Source: Trueperaceae bacterium
GTDB lineage: Bacteria; Deinococcota; Deinococci; Deinococcales; Trueperaceae
Assembly: GCA_034521815.1 (NCBI GenBank)
Contig: JAXHLW010000013.1
Coordinates: 544,001 to 608,000 of the forward strand
Direction: 5' to 3'
DNA length: 64,000 nucleotides
Shown here: positions 44,401 through 54,861 of the stretch, piece after piece
How the letters are laid out: the number at the start of each line of letters is the position of its first letter
Position numbering within the stretch: the first letter of the stretch is position 1
Notes under the pieces: model-generated
What the model was told of the DNA's origin: nothing
Databases searched by the model: none
The model's input: the letters and a program-made list of their open reading frames with translations, nothing else
Made by a program: the position numbers and the translations under genes

Positions 44401-47400
44401 CGTCGCCCACGCGCAGTCGCACGCTTCCCGTGGGGCGTCCCTCGTCGCTGAAGGACGCCGCTAGCGCCACCTCGCGCCCGTCCAGCTGCCCGTCGATCTC
44501 GACGTCGGCCTCCAACCGCAAGGCCGGCGCCTCGGACGCTCGCCACGATGCGGTCAGTCGCCCAGAGGCGTCGGCGCGCACGTCGATCCCGGCCCATCGC
44601 CCGACGGCCGCGGCGTCCAACGACGACAGATCGGTCGAGACGGTCGCGAGGCCGCCGCTCAGCTGCGCCTGGCCGCTCAGGAGAGGCTCGCCGTCCGGCG
44701 AGGCGAGTCGCCACTGGGCCGATCCCTCGAGGCCGTCGCCTTCGCCAACGAGGATCACCTCGAGCGGTCGTCCGGCGGGCGCTACGCCGGCCTCGATCGT
44801 GGCGGTCCACTGTCCGTCCCGGCTCACGCCACCGCGCAACGTGGCGCGACCGGGCGCGGCGCTGGCCGCCGCGGGGGGCCAAGCTTCCGCAGCGATGGAT
44901 CCGGACACCGTGGCCACCTCGCCCTCCGCGGCGGGGTCGGCGTCCAGCGTCGCGTCCAGCTGGGCGTGCGGGCCGCGAAGCTGCGCGACGGCGCGAGGGG
45001 CGGCAGGGGGGCCGTCCACGCGGACCTCGACGAGGTGCGGCTGCCCCGCGACGAGGGCTTCGAGCGTGAGCTCGCCGGAAAGCTGTCCGGACTCCAGGCG
45101 CAGCGACTGGCCGCTGGGACCGATCAGTCTGGGGGCGCTGAGCGGACCGTCCAGCGTCAGCTCGGTCGGCGTCAGGCCGTAGCCCTCGGTGGCGAGATCG
45201 GCGATCCGTAGCGTGCCCGACAGGTCGATCTCCGACAGCGAAAAGGGGGACGACGGGCCCGGCGACTGGAGCGGTCCAGCGATGCGGGCGTCCAGCGTCG
45301 CGCCGCTGGGCGGGTGCGCGCCGCTCACGACCAGGTCGAGCGCCGGCGTGACCGTTCCGGTGATCTCGGCGGTCGCGCCGGCTCCGCTCCAGCGGGCTGA
45401 AGCGAGCAACGAGCCGTCGCGTCCGGACGCGTCGTTCGCGGACGCGTCGTTCGCGGACGTGACGTTCCCGGCCTGGTCGCGTCCCGTCAGGACGATCGAG
45501 CCGAGCTCGGCCACATCGACGCGCAGCTCGCCACGCCAGGCGCCGTGGATCAGCGTGTCCACCGTCGGCAGCGGTGCGGCCTGGTCGGCACCTCCGTCGC
45601 CGGCCGGGCTCACCGCCAGCGCGCCGTCCAGCACCAGTCGTTCGAGGGCTGGCAGGAACGCTCCGAGTCGCGCCTCGGCGGCGCGGAACGATGCGCCGTC
45701 CGGGCCGACCTCGGCGTCCAGGTCGTCGCCTACGACCGTGATCCGGGTCGTGTCGTCGCTTCGGTCGACGGCGATCCGCAACGACGCGTCGCCAGCGCTC
45801 CAGCGGCCGCTGACGTCCAGGCGGCCGGCTGCGAGGTCCAGGCGTCCATCGACGTCGATCCGACCCTGAGCGTCGACCCCGAGCTGCGCGGCGGCGGCGA
45901 CGGTCCGGGCGGGCGCGTCGACGCCGAGTCGCAGGTCTTCGAACGTCCCCTCGGCACGAACCAGCGCCGGACCGCCTTCGGCCGGTACGACCGCCAGGTC
46001 GAGGCTCGGGGCGGCGCCCGGCTGGTACGTCGCGTCCCCCTGGAGCCGTACCTGGGTGTCGGCGATGGCGCCCGGGAGATCCAGCCGCGCCTGGACCCGG
46101 CCGTCGCTCCAGGTGGCCTGCCCGTCCGCGATGCGAACCCGGAGGCCGCCGCCGTCGGCGCTCGTGGAGGACCGCGTCGTGATCGCGTCCAGCGACGTCG
46201 GGTCCAGCGACCACGGAACCGCGTCCAGCCGTACCCCACGCCAATCGCGGGCCGGGACCGTGCCGCTCCCGCTCAGCGCGCCGTCGCGCCAGGTCGCCTG
46301 GCCCCACGCGTGTCGCAACGTCGCGGTCACGGGAGCGCCGGGGCGGAGCGAGCCGCTGACCGCCACCTCGCCCAGCGGCGTGGGAACGGCGCCTCCGAGC
46401 GTGCCGGCGTTCCAGCTCAGCGCGGTCTCGACCGGAGCGGTCAGGGTGGCGCGGGCACGACCGTCGGCCTCGCCGGGAGTCAGGCGTACGCCCTCGGCGA
46501 CGAGGGTGCCCGTCACGTCGACGCCGAAGAGCGCGCTCACGCTGGCCAGGTCGACCGAGCCGTCGAGCTCGGCGGCCAAGGCGGCGTCGAACGCTTCGGC
46601 AGGCACTTCGGCGGGCGTCGCCGATCCCTCCTCGTCGGTCACGGCCGTTGGGATGCGCGTCACGCGGACCGTCGCGAGCGACGCGGCGGGGTAGGTCTCG
46701 CGCAACTCGGTGCGAAGCGTTTCGGCGGTGCCTGGGCCGGGGGTCGCTCGATCCTCGTCAGGCTCGCCCCGCAGCGTCGCCGTTGGGATGCGCGTCGGCT
46801 CGTTCCCGGCCACGGTTCCCCCGCTGGCGAGAGCTCCGTCGAACGCCAGGCCCTCCGCGGTGCGTGAGAGCCGTCCCAGCAGAGCGACGTTCCCGGCCCA
46901 GGCCGCGAGCTCGCCCGTGAGGTCGCCCGTGAGGTCGCCCGTGCCGGAGGCGTCCAGCGACGCTCGCAAACGAAGGTCTCGGGCCAGGGACCTGCCGGCC
47001 AGCGCCGTGCCCGCCGGAACGGACGTCTCCAGCAGCAGACCGGTCTCGCCGGCGTCCAGCACCAGTCTCGGAAGGGAGCCGGGCGCCGCGTCGGACGCAC
47101 CGCCGCTCGGGTCGACCTGGCCGGTCAGGCTGGTCGGGGCGTACGACGCCGTGCCGCGCAGGCTGGCCAGCGGATCGGACGGATCCAGCGCCAGGTCGGC
47201 CTGCAACGGGCCGCTGGCGTCCGCGACGGTCAGCGGCACGCCGTCCGCGAGCAGCTGGACCAGGCCGCTCAGGTACGACGCGTCCAGCCGGTCGCCGTCC
47301 AGCTGGACGGCGATTCCGTCGCGCGGCGCGTCCGTGGCCAGCCAGGGAAGCTGGGCCGTCAGGGCACCTCGCGTCGCGTCGATCCGGGCGGGCGGGGCGG

Positions 47401-49232
47401 CGACGTCGGTCAAGATCAGCTGGCCCGTCAGGGTGGAGCCGGCCGGTCGCCAGGCATCGAACCTGCCGTCCACGACCTCGACGACGCCGCGTGCCGGTCC
47501 GATGGCGACGGTCGAGGGCGTCAGCGACCAGCGCAGCGGCTGCGCTGGCGGGTCGGCGTCCGGGGTCAGCGGGAAGGAGCCGTTCACGGAGATCGGACCC
47601 AGCCGGCCGTCCAGCTCCGTGAGGGTCAGGTCGGCGTAGCGACCGGTGACGACGCCGCGCAGGTCGGTGTCGGGGGTCAGGCCGGGCAGGTCCGGACGCC
47701 AGGGCGCGTCGCCGCGCAGCTCCAGGGCGAACGGCAGGTCGGCCAGCGGCCCGTCGACGCGAAGCTCCAGCTCGACCGGCTCGCCGGCCAGCGGACCGGT
47801 GTCCCGCAGCCGTACGGCGCCTTGGACGGCGCCGCCCGGCGACGGTCACCGCTCCCTCGAGACGCCCGCCGGCCTCGGGGGTGCCTTCGACGAACGCGTT
47901 GATCGTGCCCCCGTCGATCTGACCGTCCAGGCGGACGCGTCCCAGCGGGCGTGGGGACGCGATCTGCGCCGTGGCGTCGAACGTGCCGGTCAGCCGCTGG
48001 GCGGTGCGGAGCTCCAGACTGGCGGACAGCTCGGTCGCGGGACCGATCTCGGCGTCGTCCAGCGCGACGTCCCAGGTGAGGACGTCGTCGCGAACGCCAG
48101 CGTCGACGCGGAGGGTCCCGTCCAACGCCGAGCCGGCGGCCGTGAACGCGAGTCCCTCGCCACTGCGGAACGTCACGTCGTCGGTCGCCAGCTCGAACGG
48201 TCGGTCGTTCAGCGTCCCCTCGGCCCGCACGGTGCCGTCCAGCTGCACGCGCGTCCAGCCCGAGAAGCTGGCCGTCACCAGCGCCGTTCCGTCCGGCGCC
48301 AACGCGGCGGGAAGCGACCCGCCGGTGCCCCAGCGCGCAGCGGCGTCGACGTCGGGCGTGGCGCGCACGGAGCCGCTCCAGCGGCGGTTGGGCACGTCCA
48401 CCGTCACGGCCGCGGCGACGGGGCCGGAAAGCGCCCGGCCGGTCAGCTCCGAGGTGATCAGTCCCGAGTCCAGGACGACCGGACCCTCGATCTGGTCCAC
48501 GTCGACCCTGGCCGCGACCAGGCTGCCGTCCCGGACGTCCAGCCGGCCGGTGACGCCGCGACCGGGGCGGTAGGCCACCGTTCCCTCGGCCCGGCCGCCC
48601 TCGACGCCGGTCCACCAGGCTCGCGCCAGGCGGAGGTCGGCGTCCTGCACCTCGGCCTCGACCGTGAACGGCGACAGGCCGATGTCGGCGGCGAACGTCA
48701 AGGAACCGTCGTCGCTGGCCAGCCGACCGGAAGCCTCGATCGAGCTGCCGGCGCCTGCGACCTCGAGCGCCTCGAGGCGCAGATCGGGAAGCGTGTACGG
48801 CGCGTCGCCCAGCCGCACGCGCACGCCGACGAGGCTCAGCTCGCGCAGGTCGGGGCGGACCGGCAGGCCGCCGGCGTCGCCGCCGCCCAGGTCGCGCAGC
48901 TGCTCGCCGTCGACGTCGACGTCGGCGTTCTCGATCGTGATCCACAGCGGCAGGTCGCCGGTCAGCAGGGCGGGGGCGAACCAGGTCAGCTGGGCGCGCC
49001 CCAGCGTGGCGTCCACGCCGGGGCCTTCGATGCGGACGCCGCGCAGCTCCACGGTGCGCCAGGGGTCGCCGGCGCTGTCGCGCCAGTCGACCGTCCAGCC
49101 GGCGCGTTGGGCCGCGCCGCGCGCCTGCTCCAGCAGCCAGCCGCGTCCGGCCGGCGTTCGCGGCACGAGAACCGCGACGAGAACCAGCGAGACGAGCACG
49201 AGGAGGGTCAGGAGCGAGCGTCTGGGCACCAT
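38487..49232 (-). CDS. giant TamB/AsmA-like repeating beta-groove protein (~3,580 aa; frameshifts near 47835, 43430, 42500)
   Basis: N-terminal TM anchor followed by TPAGRGW; continuous amphipathic beta repeats across four ORF segments; TamB-like C-terminus ending FGITLRW. Confidence 0.8.
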
Positions 49233-49368
49233 TGTCGAGCGACTCCGCGAGACGGAGCCGGGGCGTCATGGTATCACCGGCCAGGTCACGTCCTGAACGT
49301 GGCCGACACGACCGGCGGGCATCCGTCGCGACCGGGAGAAACGGCGCACCTGCTGTAGCATGCGGGGC

Positions 49369-49647
49369 GTGAGCGAGACGACCGAACGACTGACCGCACT
49401 GGTGGCTGGAGACGTGCAGGCCGTGGGCTTCCGGGCGTTCGTCCGGCGCCACGCGCAGGATCTGCGCCTGGCCGGGTCGGCCGAGAACCTGGCGGACGGC
49501 CGGGTCGAGATCGTCGCCGAGGGGCCAAGGAGCGAGCTTGAGCAGCTGTTGATCTTCCTTCGTCGCGGCCCCGTCCACGCCGAGGTCGAGAGCGTCGAGG
49601 AGCATTGGAGCGAGGGGGGCGGCCTGCGTGGCTTCCACACCTACTGA
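49369..49647 (+). CDS. acyP: acylphosphatase
   Basis: GDVQAVGFR, N..DGRVE..AEG, GP; TAGCAT 7 nt before GTG 49369. Confidence 0.92.
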   Translation: MSETTERLTALVAGDVQAVGFRAFVRRHAQDLRLAGSAENLADGRVEIVAEGPRSELEQLLIFLRRGPVHAEVESVEEHWSEGGGLRGFHTY

Positions 49648-50606
49648 CGGTCGGGCGGACGGTCCGGCTCACCGTCCAGACGACGTCGACGTGCCCGCTG
49701 TCGACGTGCCCGCACCGCTGGGCGACGCCGCGCTGGCGCGGGTACCGGGCGTGCTGGGCCGGATCGCGACCGAGCGCGCGCGGGACTACGCCGAGGTCGA
49801 CGTGCCGGCGCGCGTTCCTGTCCCTGCGCCCGGCCAGACGGGCGAGGCCGACACGCAGCGCTCGTCCGCGACAGCCTCCGGCCGGTCGCGACCGACTCGC
49901 CGCCGCGCTTCGCGCTCCCGGCCTGTCGCTGATCACCGAGATCAAGCGCGGCAGCCCTTCGCAAGGGTCGATCGCCGACCTGGAGCCGGTCGAGGCGGCG
50001 TTGGCGTACCAGGCCGGCGGCGCGGCGGCGCTGTCCGTCCTGACCGAGCCGCGACACTTCGGCGGTCGGCTTTCGCACCTGCGCGATGTCGCCGCCGCCA
50101 GCTCGCTGCCCGCCATGCGCAAGGAGTTCGTGGTGCACCCCGCGCAGCTGACCGAGGCGGCGGAGGCCGGCGCGGCCGCCGCGCTGCTGATCGCGGCGGT
50201 TCTCGGTCCGCGGCTGGGCGCGTACCTGGACTACGCGCACGCTCTGGGTCTGGACGCCCTGGTCGAGGTGCACGACGAGGCCGAGCTGGAGGCGGCGCTG
50301 GCGGCGGGGGCCGAGATCGTGGGCGTGAACAACCGGGACCTGCGCACGCTGGAGGTGGATCTGGCGACCGCGCCCAGGCTGCTGCGGCGCGCCCGGGACG
50401 CGGGATTCGCCGGCGTGCTGGTCGCCGAGTCCGGCTACGCGGGGGCGGACGACCTGGCGAACGTCGCGGACCTGGCCGACGCTGCCCTGATCGGCACGGC
50501 GCTGGCCGGAAGCGGCGACCTGGCGCGTGCCGTTCGCACGCTGCTGGCCGACCTTGCCGCGCGCACCGCGTCCGCACCGGCCCAGCCTGGGAGGAGACCC
50601 TCATGA
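49628..50606 (+). CDS. trpC: indole-3-glycerol phosphate synthase (frameshift near 49890)
   Basis: VLGRI N-terminus in one frame; ITEIKRGSPSQG, SVLTE..F.G, RKEF, VEVH, GVNNRDL, AESG in the next. Confidence 0.9.
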
Positions 50607-51295
50607 GCAGCTACGTCATCACCGGCGCGTCCAGCGGGATCGGCGCCGCCATCGCGAACGCCCTGTCCGAGTCGGGTCGGACGCTGATCCTCAACGGGCG
50701 CGACCGCGCCGCCTTGGACGCCGTGGCGACGGACGTCCAGCAGCTGGGCGCCAAGGCCGACGTCCGGCCGGCCGACCTGAACGACGACGAGCAGCTGCAC
50801 GCGTTCGCGGCGGATCTGCCCGATCGGCTGGAGGCGCTGATCCACAGCGCGGGCGTGGCGCTGCTGGGGAACCAGGCGGACCTGCCGGTCGCGAATCTCG
50901 ACCTGCAGTACCGCGTCAACGTGCGCGCGCCGTTCCTGTTGACGCAGGCGCTCCTGCCGACGCTTCGGGCGTCCGCGGGCCTGGTGGTGTTCGTCAACTC
51001 CGGGGCGGGGCAGACCGCCAAGGCGGGATGGGGCGGCTACGCCGCGTCGAAGTTCGCGCTGCGCGCTCTGGCGGACTCGCTGCGCGACGAGGAGGCGGAC
51101 CGGGGCGTGCGCGTCACCAGCATCTACCCGGGGCGGACCGCGACCCCGATGCAGCGCGAGGTGCGCGAGCAGGAGGGCGGCGAGTTCGAGCCCGAGAACT
51201 ACCTGCGCCCCGAGGACGTGGCCCGCATGGTGGCCGAGGTGGTGCGTCTTCCGGCCGGCGCGACGGTGCCCGACCTGTCGGTCCGGCCGCGGTGA
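50603..51295 (+). CDS. short-chain dehydrogenase/reductase
   Basis: TGASSGIG, HSAG, YAASK, YPG.T.T.M. Confidence 0.93.
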   Translation: MSSYVITGASSGIGAAIANALSESGRTLILNGRDRAALDAVATDVQQLGAKADVRPADLNDDEQLHAFAADLPDRLEALIHSAGVALLGNQADLPVANLDLQYRVNVRAPFLLTQALLPTLRASAGLVVFVNSGAGQTAKAGWGGYAASKFALRALADSLRDEEADRGVRVTSIYPGRTATPMQREVREQEGGEFEPENYLRPEDVARMVAEVVRLPAGATVPDLSVRPR

Positions 51296-52644
51296 GGCGG
51301 GCAGGCCCTCCAGCGCAGCCCATCCTGGACCCGGCGGCGGAGTCCGGCGACGCTCCGCGGACCCGCCTGCGGCAACGCACCCTGAGAGAACGCACCCTGG
51401 GAAACGGCGTGCGCATCGTGGCCGAGGAGCTTCCCGGGCGCGAAGGCGTGTCGTGGGAGCTGTCGCTGCCGATCGGCGCGATCCACGATCCCGAGGACAC
51501 GCCCGGCGCGACGGCGCTGCTGTGGGAGTGGCAGGACCGTGGCGCGGCCGGGCTGGGCGCGCGTCAGCGGCGCGAGGCGTTCGCGCGGCTGGGGGTGCGC
51601 GGCGGCGGCGCGTCGGGTCGCGATCGCAGCGTCGTGGCGGGCAGCGGCCTGGCGGACGTGCTCGCGGACGGCCTGGCGCTCAGCGTGCACGAGGTGACCG
51701 ACCCCACGCTGGACGACGCCGAGCTCGAGACCGCGCGGATCCACGCCCTGGAGGCGCTGGACGCGCTGGAGGACCGGCCTGCCGATCGCCTGGACGAGGA
51801 GCTGACCGCCCGGGCGTTCGTCGGTCCGTACGCCCGCAGCGCGCTCGGAACGGTGCAGGGGCTGACCAGCGCCACGCCGGCGGCGGTGCGTGCGCACCGC
51901 GACGCCGTCGTCGGTCCGGCCGGCGCGACCCTGGTGATCGTCGGGGGCGTGGACCCCGAGGCGGCGCTGGACCTGGCGGAGGCGGTGCTGGGCGACTGGC
52001 GTGGCGGCGCGTCCGAGGGATCGTCCTCGGCGTCACTAGGTGGCCTCGCCGGCAACGCGCCTCGCCACCCGGGTCCGCCACGGTGGGCCGATCCCGCCAG
52101 GCACACCGTCCCGAGCGACGGCGAACAGACGCAGCTGGGCTGGGCGTGGCCGCTGCTGCCCGCCGACGACCCGCGCGTCGCGGCGCAGGCGTTGGGGCTG
52201 GCGGTCCTGTCGGGCGGCATGGGCGCTCGGCTGTTTCGCGAGGTGCGCGAGGCCCGTGGGCTGGTGTACGCGGTGGACGCCGGCGCGCGGGCGGTGCGCG
52301 GCGCGGCGTGGGGCACCGCGCACGCCGCCACCACGCCCGAGCGGGTCGAGGAGACGATCGAGGTGGTGCAGCGCGAGCTGGCGAAGCTGGCGGACGGCGT
52401 GCACGAGGACGAGCTGCAACGCGCGCGCACGCTGCTCCGCACCCGCGAGGCGATGCAGGCCGAGTCCAGCTCGGGGCGTGCCGGGCAGCTCATGCGGGAC
52501 CTGTTGCTGCTGGGGCGGCCGCGCTCGGCCGGTGAGCGGCTGGACGCCCTGCTACGGCCAACGCGGGCCGACGTGGACGCGGCGTTGGCCGCTGCCCCGT
52601 GCCGCACGCCGACGCTGGTCGTGCTGGGCCCGGAGGCGGCGTGA
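51292..52644 (+). CDS. M16 peptidase family, non-catalytic subunit
   Basis: LGNGVRI; LWEW where HxxEH is expected; GGMGARLFREVREARGLVY. Confidence 0.85.
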   Translation: MRRAGPPAQPILDPAAESGDAPRTRLRQRTLRERTLGNGVRIVAEELPGREGVSWELSLPIGAIHDPEDTPGATALLWEWQDRGAAGLGARQRREAFARLGVRGGGASGRDRSVVAGSGLADVLADGLALSVHEVTDPTLDDAELETARIHALEALDALEDRPADRLDEELTARAFVGPYARSALGTVQGLTSATPAAVRAHRDAVVGPAGATLVIVGGVDPEAALDLAEAVLGDWRGGASEGSSSASLGGLAGNAPRHPGPPRWADPARHTVPSDGEQTQLGWAWPLLPADDPRVAAQALGLAVLSGGMGARLFREVREARGLVYAVDAGARAVRGAAWGTAHAATTPERVEETIEVVQRELAKLADGVHEDELQRARTLLRTREAMQAESSSGRAGQLMRDLLLLGRPRSAGERLDALLRPTRADVDAALAAAPCRTPTLVVLGPEAA

Positions 52645-54008
52645 CGCCCGGAGACGGGGTGACGCTCGGGGACGAGGTGGCGCGCCAGGTGACGGCTCAG
52701 GGCACGCGCGAGGCTCGCGTCCTGCCGTCCGGTGCCACGCTGGTGACCGAGGTCCGCCCGGACGCCGCCAGCGCCGCGGCCGGATGGTTCGTGAACGTCG
52801 GATCGCGCGACGAGCCCGCCAGCCACGCCGGCATCTCGCACGCTTTGGAGCACCTGGCGTTCAAGGGCACCGACGATTGGGACGCGTACGAGCTGAACCA
52901 GCGCCTGGACGCGCTGGGCGCACGCAGCAACGCGTACACCGGCGAGGACCGCACGGCGTACTACGGCAGCGTCCTGCCCGAGCACCTGCCCGCGCTGAAC
53001 GAGCTCCTGGCCGCCCTGCTGCGCCCCGCGCTGCGGGAGGACGACGTGGCGCTGGAGCGCAGCGTGATCCTGGAAGAGATCGCGATGGCCGACGACGATC
53101 CCGAGAGCCGCGCTGCCGACCTGGTCGCCGCCGCCGCGTTCGGCGAGCATCCGCTGGGCCGGCCGATCCTGGGCACGCGCGACAGCGTCGCCGCGCTGAC
53201 CGCCGCCGACCTGCGGGCCTGGCACGCCGCGACGTACCGGCCGGACCGGCTGGTGATCGTGCTGTCGGGCCGCGTCGACGTCGATGCCGAGGCTGAACGG
53301 GTCGACGCGTTGGTGCGGAGGCTCACCGAGATGGCCCCACCGCTCGGCGAGGACCCGCCGGTCCCCGTCGGCCGGGCTTCGCCCCTGTGGCGGCCCGGCA
53401 CCGCACGCCACGGCGACCGCAGGGTCAGGCGGGCGTACGGAGCGTTGTTGGCGCCCGGCTTGCCGCAGGACGATCCGAGGCGCATCGCCGCGACGCTTCT
53501 CGCGCAGGTCCTGGGCGAGCCCGGGCACGGCCGGCTGCACTGGGCGCTGGTGGACGAGGGCCTGGCGGATCAGGCGGGCCTGCTCCACGAGGCGGGCGAC
53601 GGGTTCGGAACGTACGGGGGCTGGTTCGAGACCCGCGCACGTGACGAGACGCGTGTCCGGGAGCTGTTCGTCCGAACCCTGCGCGAGGCGCAGGACGCGC
53701 CGCTGGACCCGGACGCGTGGGCCAGCGCGGCACGCACGCTGGCGACGGACGTGGCGCTGCAGGCCGAGACGCCGTACGGCCGGCTGATGGCGCTGGGCGA
53801 CGCCTGGATCGAGCGCGGGGAGCTGCACGATCCTGCCGACGAGGTCGCACGGATCCTGGCCACCCCGCCGGAGGCCGGGCAGGCTCTCCTGGACGAGCGT
53901 CCGTTCGACCAAGCCACGTGGGTGACCTTGGGTCCCCTTCTCGGGACCGAGGCGCGCTCCGGCACGGAGACCGACCGCGTCGACGCTCATCCGCTCCGGG
54001 TACCCTGA
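52641..54008 (+). CDS. M16 zinc peptidase, catalytic subunit
   Basis: GSRDE, GISHALEHLAFKGT, NAYT, ERSVILEEI, HPLGRPILG. Confidence 0.92.
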   Translation: MTPGDGVTLGDEVARQVTAQGTREARVLPSGATLVTEVRPDAASAAAGWFVNVGSRDEPASHAGISHALEHLAFKGTDDWDAYELNQRLDALGARSNAYTGEDRTAYYGSVLPEHLPALNELLAALLRPALREDDVALERSVILEEIAMADDDPESRAADLVAAAAFGEHPLGRPILGTRDSVAALTAADLRAWHAATYRPDRLVIVLSGRVDVDAEAERVDALVRRLTEMAPPLGEDPPVPVGRASPLWRPGTARHGDRRVRRAYGALLAPGLPQDDPRRIAATLLAQVLGEPGHGRLHWALVDEGLADQAGLLHEAGDGFGTYGGWFETRARDETRVRELFVRTLREAQDAPLDPDAWASAARTLATDVALQAETPYGRLMALGDAWIERGELHDPADEVARILATPPEAGQALLDERPFDQATWVTLGPLLGTEARSGTETDRVDAHPLRVP

Positions 54009-54065
54009 CCCCATGCAGCTGGACGCGACACCACCGACCACCAGCACGCGGCGTTCCGGCCCGGC

Positions 54066-54856
54066 GTGACCGTCCGCTCGGGTCCACGCGAGAGCCAGCG
54101 GTCGTCGGCTCTCGACGGTCGATCCGCCGGCCGCTTCGTGCGAGCCCTGGCGGTGGCGCTGGTGCTGATCGTGGGCTGCGCTGGCCGGCTTGACCAGCGC
54201 GGCGTGGGGTCAGGACGACCCGTCCACCGTCCCGGCGTCCGATAGCACGTCCGATCCCGCACCGATCCCCACCGCCGAAGCCTATCGCACGCCTGACGGT
54301 CGTCCCGCACGGCGAGCAGTCGTTCGACCTGCTGACCGGCGAGACGACCCTCCCAGACGGCGGCGTGATCACCGACACCGAGACCGGCTTGCGGCTCGAC
54401 GCGGGGTTCGTGCGCTACCGCGAGGGCGCGTTCATCGAGGCACGCGACGCGACCGCCGACACCGCGGACGGCTCGCTGGTGGCGCCGGAGCTGAGGATCG
54501 ACGTGCCGACGTTGATCGCCACGGCGCCAGCCGGGGTGAGGTACGTGCGCGACGGTCTGGAGCTGGTCGCGGCCAGCGCCGAGCTCCGGTTCGGCCCCGA
54601 GCTGGTGCGGTTCGAGCACCCCACCGGCGCATCGCTGGACCTCGAGGCGCGAGCGCTGCTGCTGGACCTCCGTACCGGCGACGCGCTGCTGCTGGGACCG
54701 TACCGGTTCCAGGACGGGCCGTTCATCCTCAGCGACGATCGCGAGGACGCCGTGCTGCAGCTGAGGCCCGTCACGACCGACGCCGGCACGCCGACGTACC
54801 GCGCCGCGAACGAGGTGGACGAGGACCTGTGGACGCGCATGGCGCCCGTCCGCTGA
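54066..54856 (+). CDS. exported beta-rich protein, possibly LptA/LptC-like (frameshifts near 54175 and 54285)
   Basis: Signal-like RALAVALVLIV..LAGLTSAAWG; then short alternating beta strands (FDLLTGETTLPDGGVITD, LRLDAGFVRY); precedes LptD-like gene. Confidence 0.55.
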
Positions 54857-54861
54857 GTCGC

